Shown in pieces: positions 37,157-47,120 of a stretch of DNA of 64,000 nt. Position numbers and translations under genes: made by a program. The notes beneath the pieces are model-generated. The model was not told the origin of the DNA, did not search any database, and was given only the letters and a program-made list of their open reading frames with translations. Within the stretch, counting starts at the first letter, position 1, and each line of letters opens with the position of its first letter. Source of the DNA: Treponemataceae bacterium (GTDB lineage Bacteria; Spirochaetota; Spirochaetia; Treponematales; Rectinemataceae); NCBI GenBank assembly GCA_963678065.2, contig CAXXVZ010000003.1, positions 1,408,001 to 1,472,000 on the forward strand. The letters are read 5' to 3'.

Positions 37157-38370
37157 GTTTCTCTGTCGGGGAATCCGGGGCAGTGCGTCTGCGCGGCGCA
37201 CTGAGCGGAAGAGAGCGGGTCCGCGAGGCCATGGCCCACAAAGAGGCTGACAGGGTACCCGTGTTCGATGTCGTGAACAATCCGGGCGTGTACAGGGAGC
37301 TTCTCGGCGCCGAAAATACCTTTTCCGATGGCCCGCCCGCAGTCCGTCTCGCACGGGAACTGGGGCTCGACGCGGTCATGGTGCCTGCGGGCTGCTACAC
37401 CGGCCTCATCAAAAAAGAGAACGAGTGGGTCTCGAAGGATACCTTCAGGGATCGCTTCGGCGCACTGCACAGGGTCATGGAGTCGTCGTGGCCTCTCGGC
37501 GTCGCGGTGGGGGAAGTTCCCCTGGACGCCGCCTTCGCCGATGTTTTTTGGGGGATGGCTGCCGTCAGTCCCGAGGACCTCAGGGCCGTCCGCGAGGCCG
37601 TCGCGGCGGCTCACTCGCCAGGAAAGGACGACGAAGACGAGATCGCCCTCTTCGCAGGTCTGCGGAGCGCCTTCAGCCACCTCTACATAACGGGCGGAAT
37701 CGTCGCCCTGTCCATGCTCATCTACGAGGACCCTGACCTGTTGCACCGCCTCGTCAGGCTCTCCACCGATTTCTGGACCGAAGTCGGACTGCGCGCGATA
37801 GAGGCTGGGGCGGACGCCCTGTATGTCGCCAACGACATGGGCATGAACGGCTCCACGCTGATCTCCCCCGAACATCTGCGGGAATTTTTTCTCCCGGCCT
37901 TCCGCGAACAGTGCGCTGTCTGGAAGCGGGCGGGGGGCAGAGTCATCCTGCACTCCTGCGGCAACATCGAGGCCATCCTTCCCGACCTCGCCTGCATGGA
38001 GATCGAGGGACTCAACAACCTGCAATCCCACGCGGGGATGGACATCGGGCGCGTCAAAAGCCAGTACGGCGGGAAATGGACCTTGTTCGGCAATGTCGAC
38101 GCCACCGAGGTCATGACCTCGCACGATCCTGAACGGATCGAGAAGGCTGTCCTCCAGGTACTGTCGGTGGCCGGCCACGGCGGCGGACTCGTGATCGCCA
38201 CCGACCACTCCTTCCACAAGGGTATCCCCCTCGAGAACGTGCGCCACTTCATCCACTGCGCGAAGCAGCACGGGCGCTATCCCCTGAGACTTCCGGCGGA
38301 GGATCTTTCTTCCGGAGCTTCGGCCGACTCCTCATCCGGGATTCCGCCGGAACAGGACCCGAGGTCATGA
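37153..38370 (+). CDS. Uroporphyrinogen-decarboxylase-fold protein (paralogue 1)
   Basis: RERV..AM.HKEADRVP, NDMG....LISP, LHSCGN, FGNVD, ATDHS..IPLEN. Confidence 0.8.
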   Translation: MSFSVGESGAVRLRGALSGRERVREAMAHKEADRVPVFDVVNNPGVYRELLGAENTFSDGPPAVRLARELGLDAVMVPAGCYTGLIKKENEWVSKDTFRDRFGALHRVMESSWPLGVAVGEVPLDAAFADVFWGMAAVSPEDLRAVREAVAAAHSPGKDDEDEIALFAGLRSAFSHLYITGGIVALSMLIYEDPDLLHRLVRLSTDFWTEVGLRAIEAGADALYVANDMGMNGSTLISPEHLREFFLPAFREQCAVWKRAGGRVILHSCGNIEAILPDLACMEIEGLNNLQSHAGMDIGRVKSQYGGKWTLFGNVDATEVMTSHDPERIEKAVLQVLSVAGHGGGLVIATDHSFHKGIPLENVRHFIHCAKQHGRYPLRLPAEDLSSGASADSSSGIPPEQDPRS

Positions 38371-39473
38371 CCCCGAAGAAGGAATTTCTCGAGAAGGTCA
38401 GGGGGAGCCGCGTTGGCCCTCCCCTCGTCGCCCCCTACATGGGGAATTTTTCCATCGCCTGGTCAGGGATGAGCCTCTCCGCGTGCTACAAGGACGCCGC
38501 GAAGCTCGCCTGCGCGCAGCTTCGCGCATGGGAGCGCTTCGGACAGGATGCCATCGTCGTTCAATCCGACAATTACTACATGGCGGAGGCCTTCGGGGCT
38601 CCCGTCTCGCACGACGAGGGCTGCATGCCGGTTCTGCGCGGCGCTGTCGTGGAAAACCCCGACGACATAGGGCGCCTCGTCCCCGTCGACCCGCGCGTGG
38701 GCGGAAGGATGCCCGTCTACATCGAGGCGATCGCGAGGGTGCGCGAATCCGCCGGTCCGGATGCCGTGATACGGGGATGCGGGACGGGGCCCTTCGTGCT
38801 CGCCGCTCACCTCTGCGGCATCGAGCGTCTCCTCATGTGGATGGCGGAGACGGATTCGGGCCTCGCCGATCACCGCGCCCGACTCGACGAACTCTTCAGC
38901 CTCGGTCTCGAGACCCTCGTCGCCTTCGCGACCGCCCAGCTCGAGGCTGGCGCCACGATCGTCCAGCTGGCCGATTCGCTCGCCTCGATCAACGTGATCT
39001 CGCCCGACATGTACCGGCGTTACGCATTTCCTTACGAGAAACGCTTTTTCGAGGCGATGCGCGGACCCTGCGAAAAGCACGGAGCCCTCGCCCTCCTCCA
39101 TATCTGCGGCGACAATACCCGGGTCTTCGAGGACTTCGTCGCGACGGGGGCCGACATCATCTGCGTCGACCACGCCGCCAGCCTCCGGACGGCCAGGACT
39201 ATTGTCGGGGACAGAGCTTGCCTCATCGGGAACATGGACCCCGCGGGGAATCTCCTCTGGGGAAGCCCCGACGAAGTCTACCGCGAGGCGACGGGCCTTT
39301 TCGATGCGGGCTTGCCCGGGAAGTACATTCTCGGTACGGGCTGCGAGGTTTCGGTGAAGACACCGCCTGAAAATCTGGATGCGATGATACGCGCAGCCCG
39401 CGAGTACGATTGGGGACAGTGCTGCGGAGTCGGCTGTGCCGGCTGCGGACCTGAAAGAGAAGGTGCCCGATGA
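38367..39473 (+). CDS. UroD/MtaA-CmuA-fold protein (paralogue 2)
   Basis: AEAFG, GRMP, GPF, ISPDMY, LHICGD, GNMDP, GTGCEV..TPPEN. Confidence 0.82.
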   Translation: MTPKKEFLEKVRGSRVGPPLVAPYMGNFSIAWSGMSLSACYKDAAKLACAQLRAWERFGQDAIVVQSDNYYMAEAFGAPVSHDEGCMPVLRGAVVENPDDIGRLVPVDPRVGGRMPVYIEAIARVRESAGPDAVIRGCGTGPFVLAAHLCGIERLLMWMAETDSGLADHRARLDELFSLGLETLVAFATAQLEAGATIVQLADSLASINVISPDMYRRYAFPYEKRFFEAMRGPCEKHGALALLHICGDNTRVFEDFVATGADIICVDHAASLRTARTIVGDRACLIGNMDPAGNLLWGSPDEVYREATGLFDAGLPGKYILGTGCEVSVKTPPENLDAMIRAAREYDWGQCCGVGCAGCGPEREGAR

Positions 39474-40624
39474 CGCACAGGGAAGCCGTCGTCGCAGCTC
39501 TGGCGCACAGAGGCACAGGTTTTGTGCCCTACGACCAGTCGAGTCGCTCCTCGGCTATAGAGCTCGAGGCCTATGTCGCCCTGAAAAAGTGCCTGGGATA
39601 CGATTCGCCCAGCACGTGCTTCCTGCGCTCCCACGCGGAGCTGGAAGAGCCCGTCATGGAAAGGCTCGGGATCGACACACAGTTCCTGCGCTCCGTTCCC
39701 GCCTCGGCGTGGCACAAGGACGGCAAAGATGGCAGGGACGAGGTCTTCGTCGATTCCTGGGAGGTTCCATGGCGCAAACGCGCCGATTCTCCGTACTACG
39801 AGCTCGACTTCTCGCCTCTCGCGGAAATGGATCCCGAGAGGGTCCTCGCGTTGGAGTGGCCCCCCCTCGTGACCGGGGATATGGCCGCCGACCTGAAAAA
39901 GAAGGCCGATGTCTGGGGCCGGCGCGGATACGCGCTCTTCTGTGATCAGATCGGCGCAGGCATCTTCGAGCGGGCCTGGTATCTCCGGGGCTTCGAGCAG
40001 ATGCTGACGGATCTGGTGCTGGAGAAGGACTGGACCCACCGTTACTTCGGGAAGATTCTCGAACGCCAGATCGAGGGTTACGCCGCGGTCTTCGACGCGG
40101 TGGGCGACTCGATACTCGGTGTCCTCATGACCGACGATATCGCGACGCAGGACAGCCTCATGATGTCGAGAGAAACCTACCGGGAGATGCTCCTCCCCTA
40201 CCACAGAGACCTGATCGGGTACATCCGCAGCCGGGGTGGCAAGGTCATCTTCCACAGCTGCGGAGCGGTGTATCCCTTCATTCCCGATCTCATCGAGGCA
40301 GGAGTGGAGATCCTCCATCCGATCCAGAGATCCGCAGCGGGCATGTCGCCGGAGAGAATCAAGCGCGAATACGGCGCGGATCTCGTGCTCTGGGGCGCAG
40401 GCTGCGATACGGCTTCCCTTCAGAAGGCTCGGCCTGACGAGATTCGCGACGACGTTCTTCGCTCCCTCGACGCGCTCTCCAAGGATGGTGGCTTCGTCTA
40501 CACGACCACGCACTGCATCCAGCCAGGTACGCCGCCTGAGAACATTCTGGCCATGGCCGACGCGCTCGCACAGTGGAACGGGAGGACCGCAGGCGCGGAA
40601 TACACGGGGGCGCACCATGCCTGA
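39470..40624 (+). CDS. Uroporphyrinogen-decarboxylase-fold protein (paralogue 3)
   Basis: LRGFEQML.D, DDIATQDSLMMS, FHSCGA, LWGAGCD, THCIQPGTPPENI. Confidence 0.82.
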   Translation: MTHREAVVAALAHRGTGFVPYDQSSRSSAIELEAYVALKKCLGYDSPSTCFLRSHAELEEPVMERLGIDTQFLRSVPASAWHKDGKDGRDEVFVDSWEVPWRKRADSPYYELDFSPLAEMDPERVLALEWPPLVTGDMAADLKKKADVWGRRGYALFCDQIGAGIFERAWYLRGFEQMLTDLVLEKDWTHRYFGKILERQIEGYAAVFDAVGDSILGVLMTDDIATQDSLMMSRETYREMLLPYHRDLIGYIRSRGGKVIFHSCGAVYPFIPDLIEAGVEILHPIQRSAAGMSPERIKREYGADLVLWGAGCDTASLQKARPDEIRDDVLRSLDALSKDGGFVYTTTHCIQPGTPPENILAMADALAQWNGRTAGAEYTGAHHA

Positions 40625-41729
40625 TCTCCGCGTCGGAAGAGTGGAACTGGAGCGCGTGTGCGCCTCTGTCTTCGCCGCGCTCGGAATGCCCGGAAACCAG
40701 GCCGAGGATTCGGCGCGGGTTCTGGTGGCGGCGGACGCGAAGGGCATACAAAGCCACGGCGTCGCGAGGCTCTGGCGCTACGTCAACGGCATCAGGACGG
40801 GCGTGATGCGCCCGACCACCTGTGCCGTCTGCGTGCACAGGACGCCCATGTCCTTCGTGCTCGACGCGCAGGGAGGGATCGGCCTCTCCGTCGGCGTGGA
40901 AGCGATGCGGGAAGTCATAACCCTCGCACGGGATCGCGGCGCGGCATTCGCGTCTGTCCGCGACTCGAACCACTTCGGCATCGCGGGTTACTACGCGGAG
41001 ATGGCCCTGCCGGAGGACATGATCGGCATCGCCATGACGAACACGGCCGCCCTTGGCGTCCCGACCTTCGGCTGCGACGCGATGTTCGGAACCAACCCGA
41101 TCGCGGTCGCCGTCCCGGCCGGGAAGGAGGCTCCCTTCGTTCTGGACATGGCGACGACCGTCGTCACCCGGGGAAAAATCGAGACCTGCGAGCGGGAGGG
41201 CGCGCCTATACCGGCGGGCTGGGCCGTCGATACGGCCGGACAGACCACAAGGGATCCGCGGTCTCTGCTTCTCGACATGCTCTACCAGCGCGGCGGAGGA
41301 ATCCTGCCTCTCGGCGGCGAGGGAGAGAAGTTCGGCGGCCACAAGGGCTACGGATTGGGAGTCCTCGTGGACATCATGACCGCGCTCACTTCGGGTGGCG
41401 TCTTCGGAAAGGCAGTCATGGACAGCGAGGCGACATCGGCGCGCGTCTGCCATTTTTTCGGCGCCATCAGGATCGATCTGTTCCGCGAGCCTGCCATCTT
41501 CAAAGCCGACATGGACAGGATGCTCGGGGACTTGCTCTGCGCAAAACCGGCGGAAGGACAGGACGCTGTCCTCTATGCCGGGCTGAAAGAATACAGGCAG
41601 GAACAGGAAAGCCGGCGCTTGGGCGTCAGGCTATCGGGAAAGGTCTGGGAACGGCTGTCGGGAATCGCGCGCGACATCGGCGTGGTTCTTCCAGACGCCA
41701 TCGCGGAGGAAATTGTATATGGCAGATAA
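40617..41729 (+). CDS. Ldh_2 family (malate/L-lactate/ureidoglycolate) dehydrogenase
   Basis: SHGVARL, SNHFGIAG, FGTNPIA, LDMATT, GHKGYGL. Confidence 0.9.
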   Translation: MPDLRVGRVELERVCASVFAALGMPGNQAEDSARVLVAADAKGIQSHGVARLWRYVNGIRTGVMRPTTCAVCVHRTPMSFVLDAQGGIGLSVGVEAMREVITLARDRGAAFASVRDSNHFGIAGYYAEMALPEDMIGIAMTNTAALGVPTFGCDAMFGTNPIAVAVPAGKEAPFVLDMATTVVTRGKIETCEREGAPIPAGWAVDTAGQTTRDPRSLLLDMLYQRGGGILPLGGEGEKFGGHKGYGLGVLVDIMTALTSGGVFGKAVMDSEATSARVCHFFGAIRIDLFREPAIFKADMDRMLGDLLCAKPAEGQDAVLYAGLKEYRQEQESRRLGVRLSGKVWERLSGIARDIGVVLPDAIAEEIVYGR

Positions 41730-42657
41730 AGAAAGCGGGCGCAGGCTTCCATTCCTGCGGCGGAAGACCCGCATCCGTCACAAGAGGAAGATGAGCGACA
41801 ACATCGCGGGCTACCTCTTCATCCTCCCCAACCTCACGGGATTCCTCGTGTTCACCATCTTCGCCATCGGATTCTCCTTTTACATGAGCTTCACCGACTG
41901 GAGCATCATCAAGCAGTTCAAGAACATAAAGTTCGTGGGCTTCAGCAACTACGCGAATCTCCTGCACGACACCTGGTTCCATGCATCGCTCGTCAACAAT
42001 CTCTGGTTCCTCCTTGTCATTCCGATCGAGATATTCTTCGCTATGGTCTTCGCCTTCATCCTGAACGACAAGGTGTTCTGCAAAAACGTCTTCCGCACCA
42101 TCCTCTACCTTCCGAACATAACGAGCGTCGTCGCGATATCTGTTATCTGGTTCACCCTCTTCAACCCCCGCTCGGGTCCCGTCAACGAAGTGCTGCGCAG
42201 AATCGGAATAGAGAATCCCCCGCAGTGGCTGTCGAGCACGACATGGGCGAAACCCACGATCGGCCTCCTCTGGATCTGGAAAACCGTCGGCTACTACACC
42301 CTCCTCTACCTGGCCGCCCTCCAGAGCATTCCGAGGCAGCTCTACGAGGCCGCGACGGTCGACGGCGCCTCCCTCGTCCAGCAGTTTTTCAAGATCACGA
42401 TGCCTCTCCTCTCTCCAACCACCTTCATGCTCACCATCCTCTCCTTGATGACCATCTTCCAGGACTGGTCCCTCATACAGATCATGACGGAAGGGGGGCC
42501 GGGAACCTCGACCTACACTATCGGGTATTACATCTACTACGCGGCCTTCAGGAAAATGAAGATGGGATACGCTTCGAGCATCGCCTGGGTGCTCCTCGTC
42601 TTCATCATGGTCTTCACCTTCGTCCGGTTCCGCGTCGAAAAATCCAGGGACTACTGA
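41719..42657 (+). CDS. CUT1 ABC permease
   Basis: LYEAATVDGAS, TEGGPG, GYASSIA. Confidence 0.9.
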   Translation: MADKESGRRLPFLRRKTRIRHKRKMSDNIAGYLFILPNLTGFLVFTIFAIGFSFYMSFTDWSIIKQFKNIKFVGFSNYANLLHDTWFHASLVNNLWFLLVIPIEIFFAMVFAFILNDKVFCKNVFRTILYLPNITSVVAISVIWFTLFNPRSGPVNEVLRRIGIENPPQWLSSTTWAKPTIGLLWIWKTVGYYTLLYLAALQSIPRQLYEAATVDGASLVQQFFKITMPLLSPTTFMLTILSLMTIFQDWSLIQIMTEGGPGTSTYTIGYYIYYAAFRKMKMGYASSIAWVLLVFIMVFTFVRFRVEKSRDY

Positions 42658-42667
42658 AGAGGCAGGC

Positions 42668-43594
42668 ATGAAGGAACCCACACTGAAAACGACCGCGGCT
42701 GACAGTCCGGACCCGAAACGAAGCTCGGGCGGAACGAAGAAAACTGCTGGGGCAAAAGACTACCGGGTGCTCAAGCTCGCGCAGAAAACCTTCCTCACAC
42801 TTTTTATGACTCTGGCGGCGGCGACGATGCTCCTCCCCTTCCTCTGGATGATTTCGAGCTCGTTCAAGGATTCCGTCACGATGTTCAAGTTTCCCATCGA
42901 GTGGATACCGAAGGAATTCAACTTCTCCGGCTATCTGCAAGTCTGGAACGGGGACGCCGATTTCCTCCTGTTCTTCCTCAATTCCATCAAGATCACCGTG
43001 ATCGCGGTGATCGGCACGGTGATCTCCTGCTCCATGGGAGGATACGCCTACGCCAAGATCGACTTCGCGGGCCGCGACGCGATCTTCCTCGCAAAGCTCT
43101 CCACGATGATGATTCCCTCGCAGCTCACGATGCTGCCGACCTTCATGGTCTTCAAGTGGCTCGGCCTCATCAACACCCACGTCGCTATCTGGCTTCCATT
43201 CTGCCTCGGGCAGCCCTTCGGCACCTTCCTCATGCGGCAGTATTTCCAGAAGATTCCGGACGAGCTCATCGATTCTGCGCGGATCGACGGCGCCGGGCAT
43301 TTCCGGACATTCCGCTCGATCGTCCTTCCGAATGTCCGCGCGGGACTCTCCGTCCTCATCTTCCTGTACTTCGTCTGGGCATGGAATTTCTACGAAGGGC
43401 CGCTCCTCTACATCCGCTCGGTCAAGCTCTACACCCTGCCCCTGGCTCTGAAATTTTTCTCGGATGAATTCAGCACCAATTATACGACCATCATGGCCGC
43501 GAGCGTCTCGATGACGCTGCCTGTCATAGCGATATTCATCGGCCTGCAGAGGTTCTTTATCGAGGATCTAACTTCAACGGGGTTGAAGGGATAG
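42668..43594 (+). CDS. CUT1 ABC permease
   Basis: ELIDSARIDGAG, WNFY, TGLKG end. Confidence 0.9.
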   Translation: MKEPTLKTTAADSPDPKRSSGGTKKTAGAKDYRVLKLAQKTFLTLFMTLAAATMLLPFLWMISSSFKDSVTMFKFPIEWIPKEFNFSGYLQVWNGDADFLLFFLNSIKITVIAVIGTVISCSMGGYAYAKIDFAGRDAIFLAKLSTMMIPSQLTMLPTFMVFKWLGLINTHVAIWLPFCLGQPFGTFLMRQYFQKIPDELIDSARIDGAGHFRTFRSIVLPNVRAGLSVLIFLYFVWAWNFYEGPLLYIRSVKLYTLPLALKFFSDEFSTNYTTIMAASVSMTLPVIAIFIGLQRFFIEDLTSTGLKG

Positions 43595-43620
43595 ATACAG
43601 TCTCACAAGGAGGTTCCCTC

Positions 43621-44994
43621 ATGAAAATGCCGCGTGCATTGCTTCTCTCTGTGCTGATCCTGGCGACAGTCTGTTCTGCGTTCGCGCAGAAGGCCGTCAC
43701 CTCGCCGGCGAAAGAAAAAATTGTCTGGGTCGCCTATGGCTATCTCGCCCAGAACAAGGCGGACAGGATCATCGCGGATTTCACCGCGAAGTATCCCCAG
43801 TACGAAGTCCAGTATGTGGATCTGGGGAACAAGGATTACCTGATGCGCCTCGACACGATGGTCACCTCGGGCGAGCGCGTCGACATGGCCCTCGCCATGG
43901 ACTCGATCGAGTACACGAACCGCGCCAAGGAAGGCATGTTCCTGCCTATCGACAAACTCGTGACCGAGGACGGATTCAATCTCAAGGACGCCTTCGGCGA
44001 CGGGCTCCAGCCCTCGTACATCAACGGCAAGCTCTACGGCCTGCCCTACACCAAGGGCGGATTCTACGTCTTCTACAACAAGGACATGTTCGATGCCGCC
44101 GGGCTCAAGTACCCGACCGACAACTGGACTTGGGACGACTTCGAGAAGACCGCCAAGTCCCTGACCACGGGAGCCGGAGCGAAAAAAATCTACGGCGCCA
44201 ACATCCACATGACCTGGGGCTACGACCTCGACACCCTCCCGGCCCAGATGGCCGGATGGTTCCCCTTCAAAGACGAGAAGCAGACTGTCCCGAACATGGA
44301 CGATCCCAGGCTCGCGAATGCCCTCGCGCTGTGGAACCGCCTGCAGAACGTCGACAAGACAGCCATCAGCCTCTCGACCTTCAAGGCCGAGCAGATCGCC
44401 TCCCGCATGCCCTTCGCCAAGGGACAGGCCGCGATGCTCCTCTCCAACTGGTGGACAGCCAGTTGGTTCATCAGCTCCAAGTTCGGCTCCGCCGAAGGCA
44501 GCTCCCTTCTCAACTTCAAACTCGGCGTCGCGAACATCCCCAGGCCCGACAAAAACGTGCCGAATAATCTGAACGCGACCGACCTCGACTACTACTTCAC
44601 CGTGCCGAACACCGCCAAGAATCCCAAGGGCGGAGCGCTGCTCGCCAGGTTCATCATCACGGACATGTGGTCCAAGCTCGGAACCCTCTCGTCCTACCGC
44701 AAGCAGGATCTCAAACTGTTCAAGGAAAGCTTCGGAACCTATGTCGACACGAACGGCAAGGTCTTCGACATGAACTATCCGGACGAGATCGTCGAAAAAG
44801 TGATGGGCAACTGGACCGTGCCGATCAACATCCAGTACAAGAACCCCAGGATCGTCAATCCGGTCGGGCTCGCCGTCCTCAAAGACATCTTCAACCAGGA
44901 GAGAGAGCTGTATTACCTGGGTGAGCAGGATCTCGCGAAGACTGTCTCCAGAATGCAGTCCCGCGCCCTCGCGGAAATGAAATCAACCAAGTAA
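43621..44994 (+). CDS. CUT1 ABC solute-binding protein
   Basis: Signal peptide; GKLYGLP, FYNKDMFDAAG..YP..WTWDDF. Confidence 0.9.
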   Translation: MKMPRALLLSVLILATVCSAFAQKAVTSPAKEKIVWVAYGYLAQNKADRIIADFTAKYPQYEVQYVDLGNKDYLMRLDTMVTSGERVDMALAMDSIEYTNRAKEGMFLPIDKLVTEDGFNLKDAFGDGLQPSYINGKLYGLPYTKGGFYVFYNKDMFDAAGLKYPTDNWTWDDFEKTAKSLTTGAGAKKIYGANIHMTWGYDLDTLPAQMAGWFPFKDEKQTVPNMDDPRLANALALWNRLQNVDKTAISLSTFKAEQIASRMPFAKGQAAMLLSNWWTASWFISSKFGSAEGSSLLNFKLGVANIPRPDKNVPNNLNATDLDYYFTVPNTAKNPKGGALLARFIITDMWSKLGTLSSYRKQDLKLFKESFGTYVDTNGKVFDMNYPDEIVEKVMGNWTVPINIQYKNPRIVNPVGLAVLKDIFNQERELYYLGEQDLAKTVSRMQSRALAEMKSTK

Positions 44995-45004
44995 AGCAAA
45001 TTAT

Positions 45005-45087
45005 TGTCTGTTTCCCGCGAAAGGCGGACGGTACGCACGGCGAAACGCCAAGCGATGTGCGCCCGTCTTCGCGGGGAGCGACAGACA
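45005..45087 (+). other. Long branched intergenic stem-loop
   Basis: TGTCTGT/ACAGACA and TTCCCGCGAA/TTCGCGGGGA outer stems; inner GGCG-AAA-CGCC hairpin. Confidence 0.55.
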
Positions 45088-45100
45088 GAATGGAGAACCG

Positions 45101-46213
45101 ATGCCCGCGATGAAAGTCCTGGAAAACAGACAGGTATTCAAGAACGATCAGTACAACACCTTCCCCAGCCTCGCCCGTATGCGCGACGGGAGAATCATCC
45201 TGGTCTTCCGCCAGGCGGAGAACAGCCTCGCGCGCTACGGGGCCGTCACCCACGTCGACCCATCCTCCCGGGTCGTTTCGATGATCTCGGACGACGAGGG
45301 ACAGAGCTGGGGCCCCGTGACGGAGGTCTACAACGACGAGATGGGCGAACAGGATCCCTGCATAAGCTGCCTGTCGGACGGGACCCTCATCTGCACCTTC
45401 TTCCGGTGGAAGGTCGTCCCCATCGCCGAAAAGGAATCGCTCGGTCCCTCATACGCGTACTGCGGGCGCGACATCTTCGGCATCTGGTCGGCCGTCCATG
45501 TCGGCACCTCCTGCATGCGCTCCCTCGACGACGGAGCCAGCTGGGAGGGCCCCTGGCAGATTGCGCCGACGGGATTCGAGGCCCCGATGGCGCTGCGCGG
45601 CAACATCGTGGAGCTGCCCGGCGGAAGGCTCCTCGCCCCCCTCTACGGCGGCAGGCGCTTCGGCGAACTCTCCCGCTGCCTCGTCATGGGCTCCGACGAC
45701 AGGGGACAGAGCTGGGCGCCGGTCGGAGAAGTCCCCGGCGACCCGGAGCATCACTACCTCGAACCCTTCCTGTACCGGGCTCCCTCGGGCAGGCTCGACA
45801 TCCTCATGCGGACCCAGACCGACTTCAAAAAATTTCCCTTCGACGAAACCTACCGCAACCTCCACGTCGCGAGTTCGGGCGACGACGGAGTGACCTGGAC
45901 GAAGCCTGAGGCCGCCGGGCTCTTCTGCCCGAATCCGGCCCACGTACTTCCGCTTCCGGGCGGCAGGATTCTTCTGTCCTACGGACAGCGCAGGGCTCCC
46001 AAGGGAATCGAGTACCTCGTCACCGACGCCGAGAATCCCGAGTATCGGGACGAGCTCGCCAGCTACGCGCGGTACGCTGTGGACGGCGATCTCGGCTACA
46101 CGAGCGCCGTCCTCCTCGCCGACGGCGACGTCATGATAGTGTATTACGTCACGGATGAAGATTCCGGGACGAGCATAGGCGCAACCATACTGAGAGAGGA
46201 CAACAATGCGTAA
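45101..46213 (+). CDS. Sialidase-like BNR/Asp-box beta-propeller protein
   Basis: Four Asp boxes (SDDEGQSW, SLDDGASW, SDDRGQSW, SGDDGVTW); N-terminal FP motif; GDLGY; no signal peptide. Confidence 0.82.
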   Translation: MPAMKVLENRQVFKNDQYNTFPSLARMRDGRIILVFRQAENSLARYGAVTHVDPSSRVVSMISDDEGQSWGPVTEVYNDEMGEQDPCISCLSDGTLICTFFRWKVVPIAEKESLGPSYAYCGRDIFGIWSAVHVGTSCMRSLDDGASWEGPWQIAPTGFEAPMALRGNIVELPGGRLLAPLYGGRRFGELSRCLVMGSDDRGQSWAPVGEVPGDPEHHYLEPFLYRAPSGRLDILMRTQTDFKKFPFDETYRNLHVASSGDDGVTWTKPEAAGLFCPNPAHVLPLPGGRILLSYGQRRAPKGIEYLVTDAENPEYRDELASYARYAVDGDLGYTSAVLLADGDVMIVYYVTDEDSGTSIGATILREDNNA

Positions 46214-47120
46214 ATTGGCCGATTTCGCGGGGGTGTATCCCGCCCTGGTCTCACCCGTCGACTCGCGCGGGAAAGTCGACGAAGCGGCCCTGCGCGGTCT
46301 CGTGAGCTGGCTGGGCGGAACTGGCATCGACGGCCTCTACGTCTGCGGAGGAACGGGAGAAGGGCTTCTCCTTCCGGTGCAGACTCGCAAGCGCATTCTC
46401 GAAATCGTGAAAGACGAGGCGAAATCCGTCACGGGGAACAAGGCGCTCCGGATCATCGCGCACATCGGAGCCGTGGAGAGCGCGTACATCGCCGAACTGG
46501 CAGGCCACGCCGCGTCCCTCGGCGTCGACGCGGTTTCCGCGATTCCACCGATCTATTTTTCCTACACGAAGGATGACATCGTCCGCTACTACGAGTGGCT
46601 GTCCGGAATCTGCGAAGTGCCCCTCATCATCTATGCGTCGGCACAGGCGGGAGTCACGTTCACCGCCGATATGCTGAAGACGCTCGCCGAGCAGCCCATG
46701 CTCCGCGGCATCAAATTCACGGGCTACGACTTCTACTCCCTCATGCAGATGCGCGCTGCCGTGAGCGAGGATTTCACCATACTCAACGGTGGCGACGAAG
46801 TGCTGCTCTATGGAATGATGGCGGGAGCGGACGGAGGAATCGGGGCCACCTACAACATCATGCCCAGGCAATTCTGCGAGCTGTACCGGGCCTTCCGGGA
46901 CAGCGATATGGTCCTCGCGCGGCGGATCCAGGAAAAGATCAACGCCGTCGTCAGGGAAATCGTCCGGTATCCAGTGTTCGGCTCCGTCAAGGCGACGCTC
47001 GGCTTCATCGGCCACGAGGCCGGAGACCCGATCTTCCCGAACAGGACTCTGACGGAGACGGAAAAGGGCTCTCTGCGCAGAGGCCTCGCGGCCATCGGCT
47101 ATCCAGGAGATTACCTATGA
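46206..47120 (+). CDS. N-acetylneuraminate-lyase-like DHDPS-family aldolase
   Basis: GLYVCGGTGEG, AISAIPP-like SAIPPIYF, GIKFT..DFY, NGGDE, GGIGATYN. Confidence 0.8.
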   Translation: MRKLADFAGVYPALVSPVDSRGKVDEAALRGLVSWLGGTGIDGLYVCGGTGEGLLLPVQTRKRILEIVKDEAKSVTGNKALRIIAHIGAVESAYIAELAGHAASLGVDAVSAIPPIYFSYTKDDIVRYYEWLSGICEVPLIIYASAQAGVTFTADMLKTLAEQPMLRGIKFTGYDFYSLMQMRAAVSEDFTILNGGDEVLLYGMMAGADGGIGATYNIMPRQFCELYRAFRDSDMVLARRIQEKINAVVREIVRYPVFGSVKATLGFIGHEAGDPIFPNRTLTETEKGSLRRGLAAIGYPGDYL

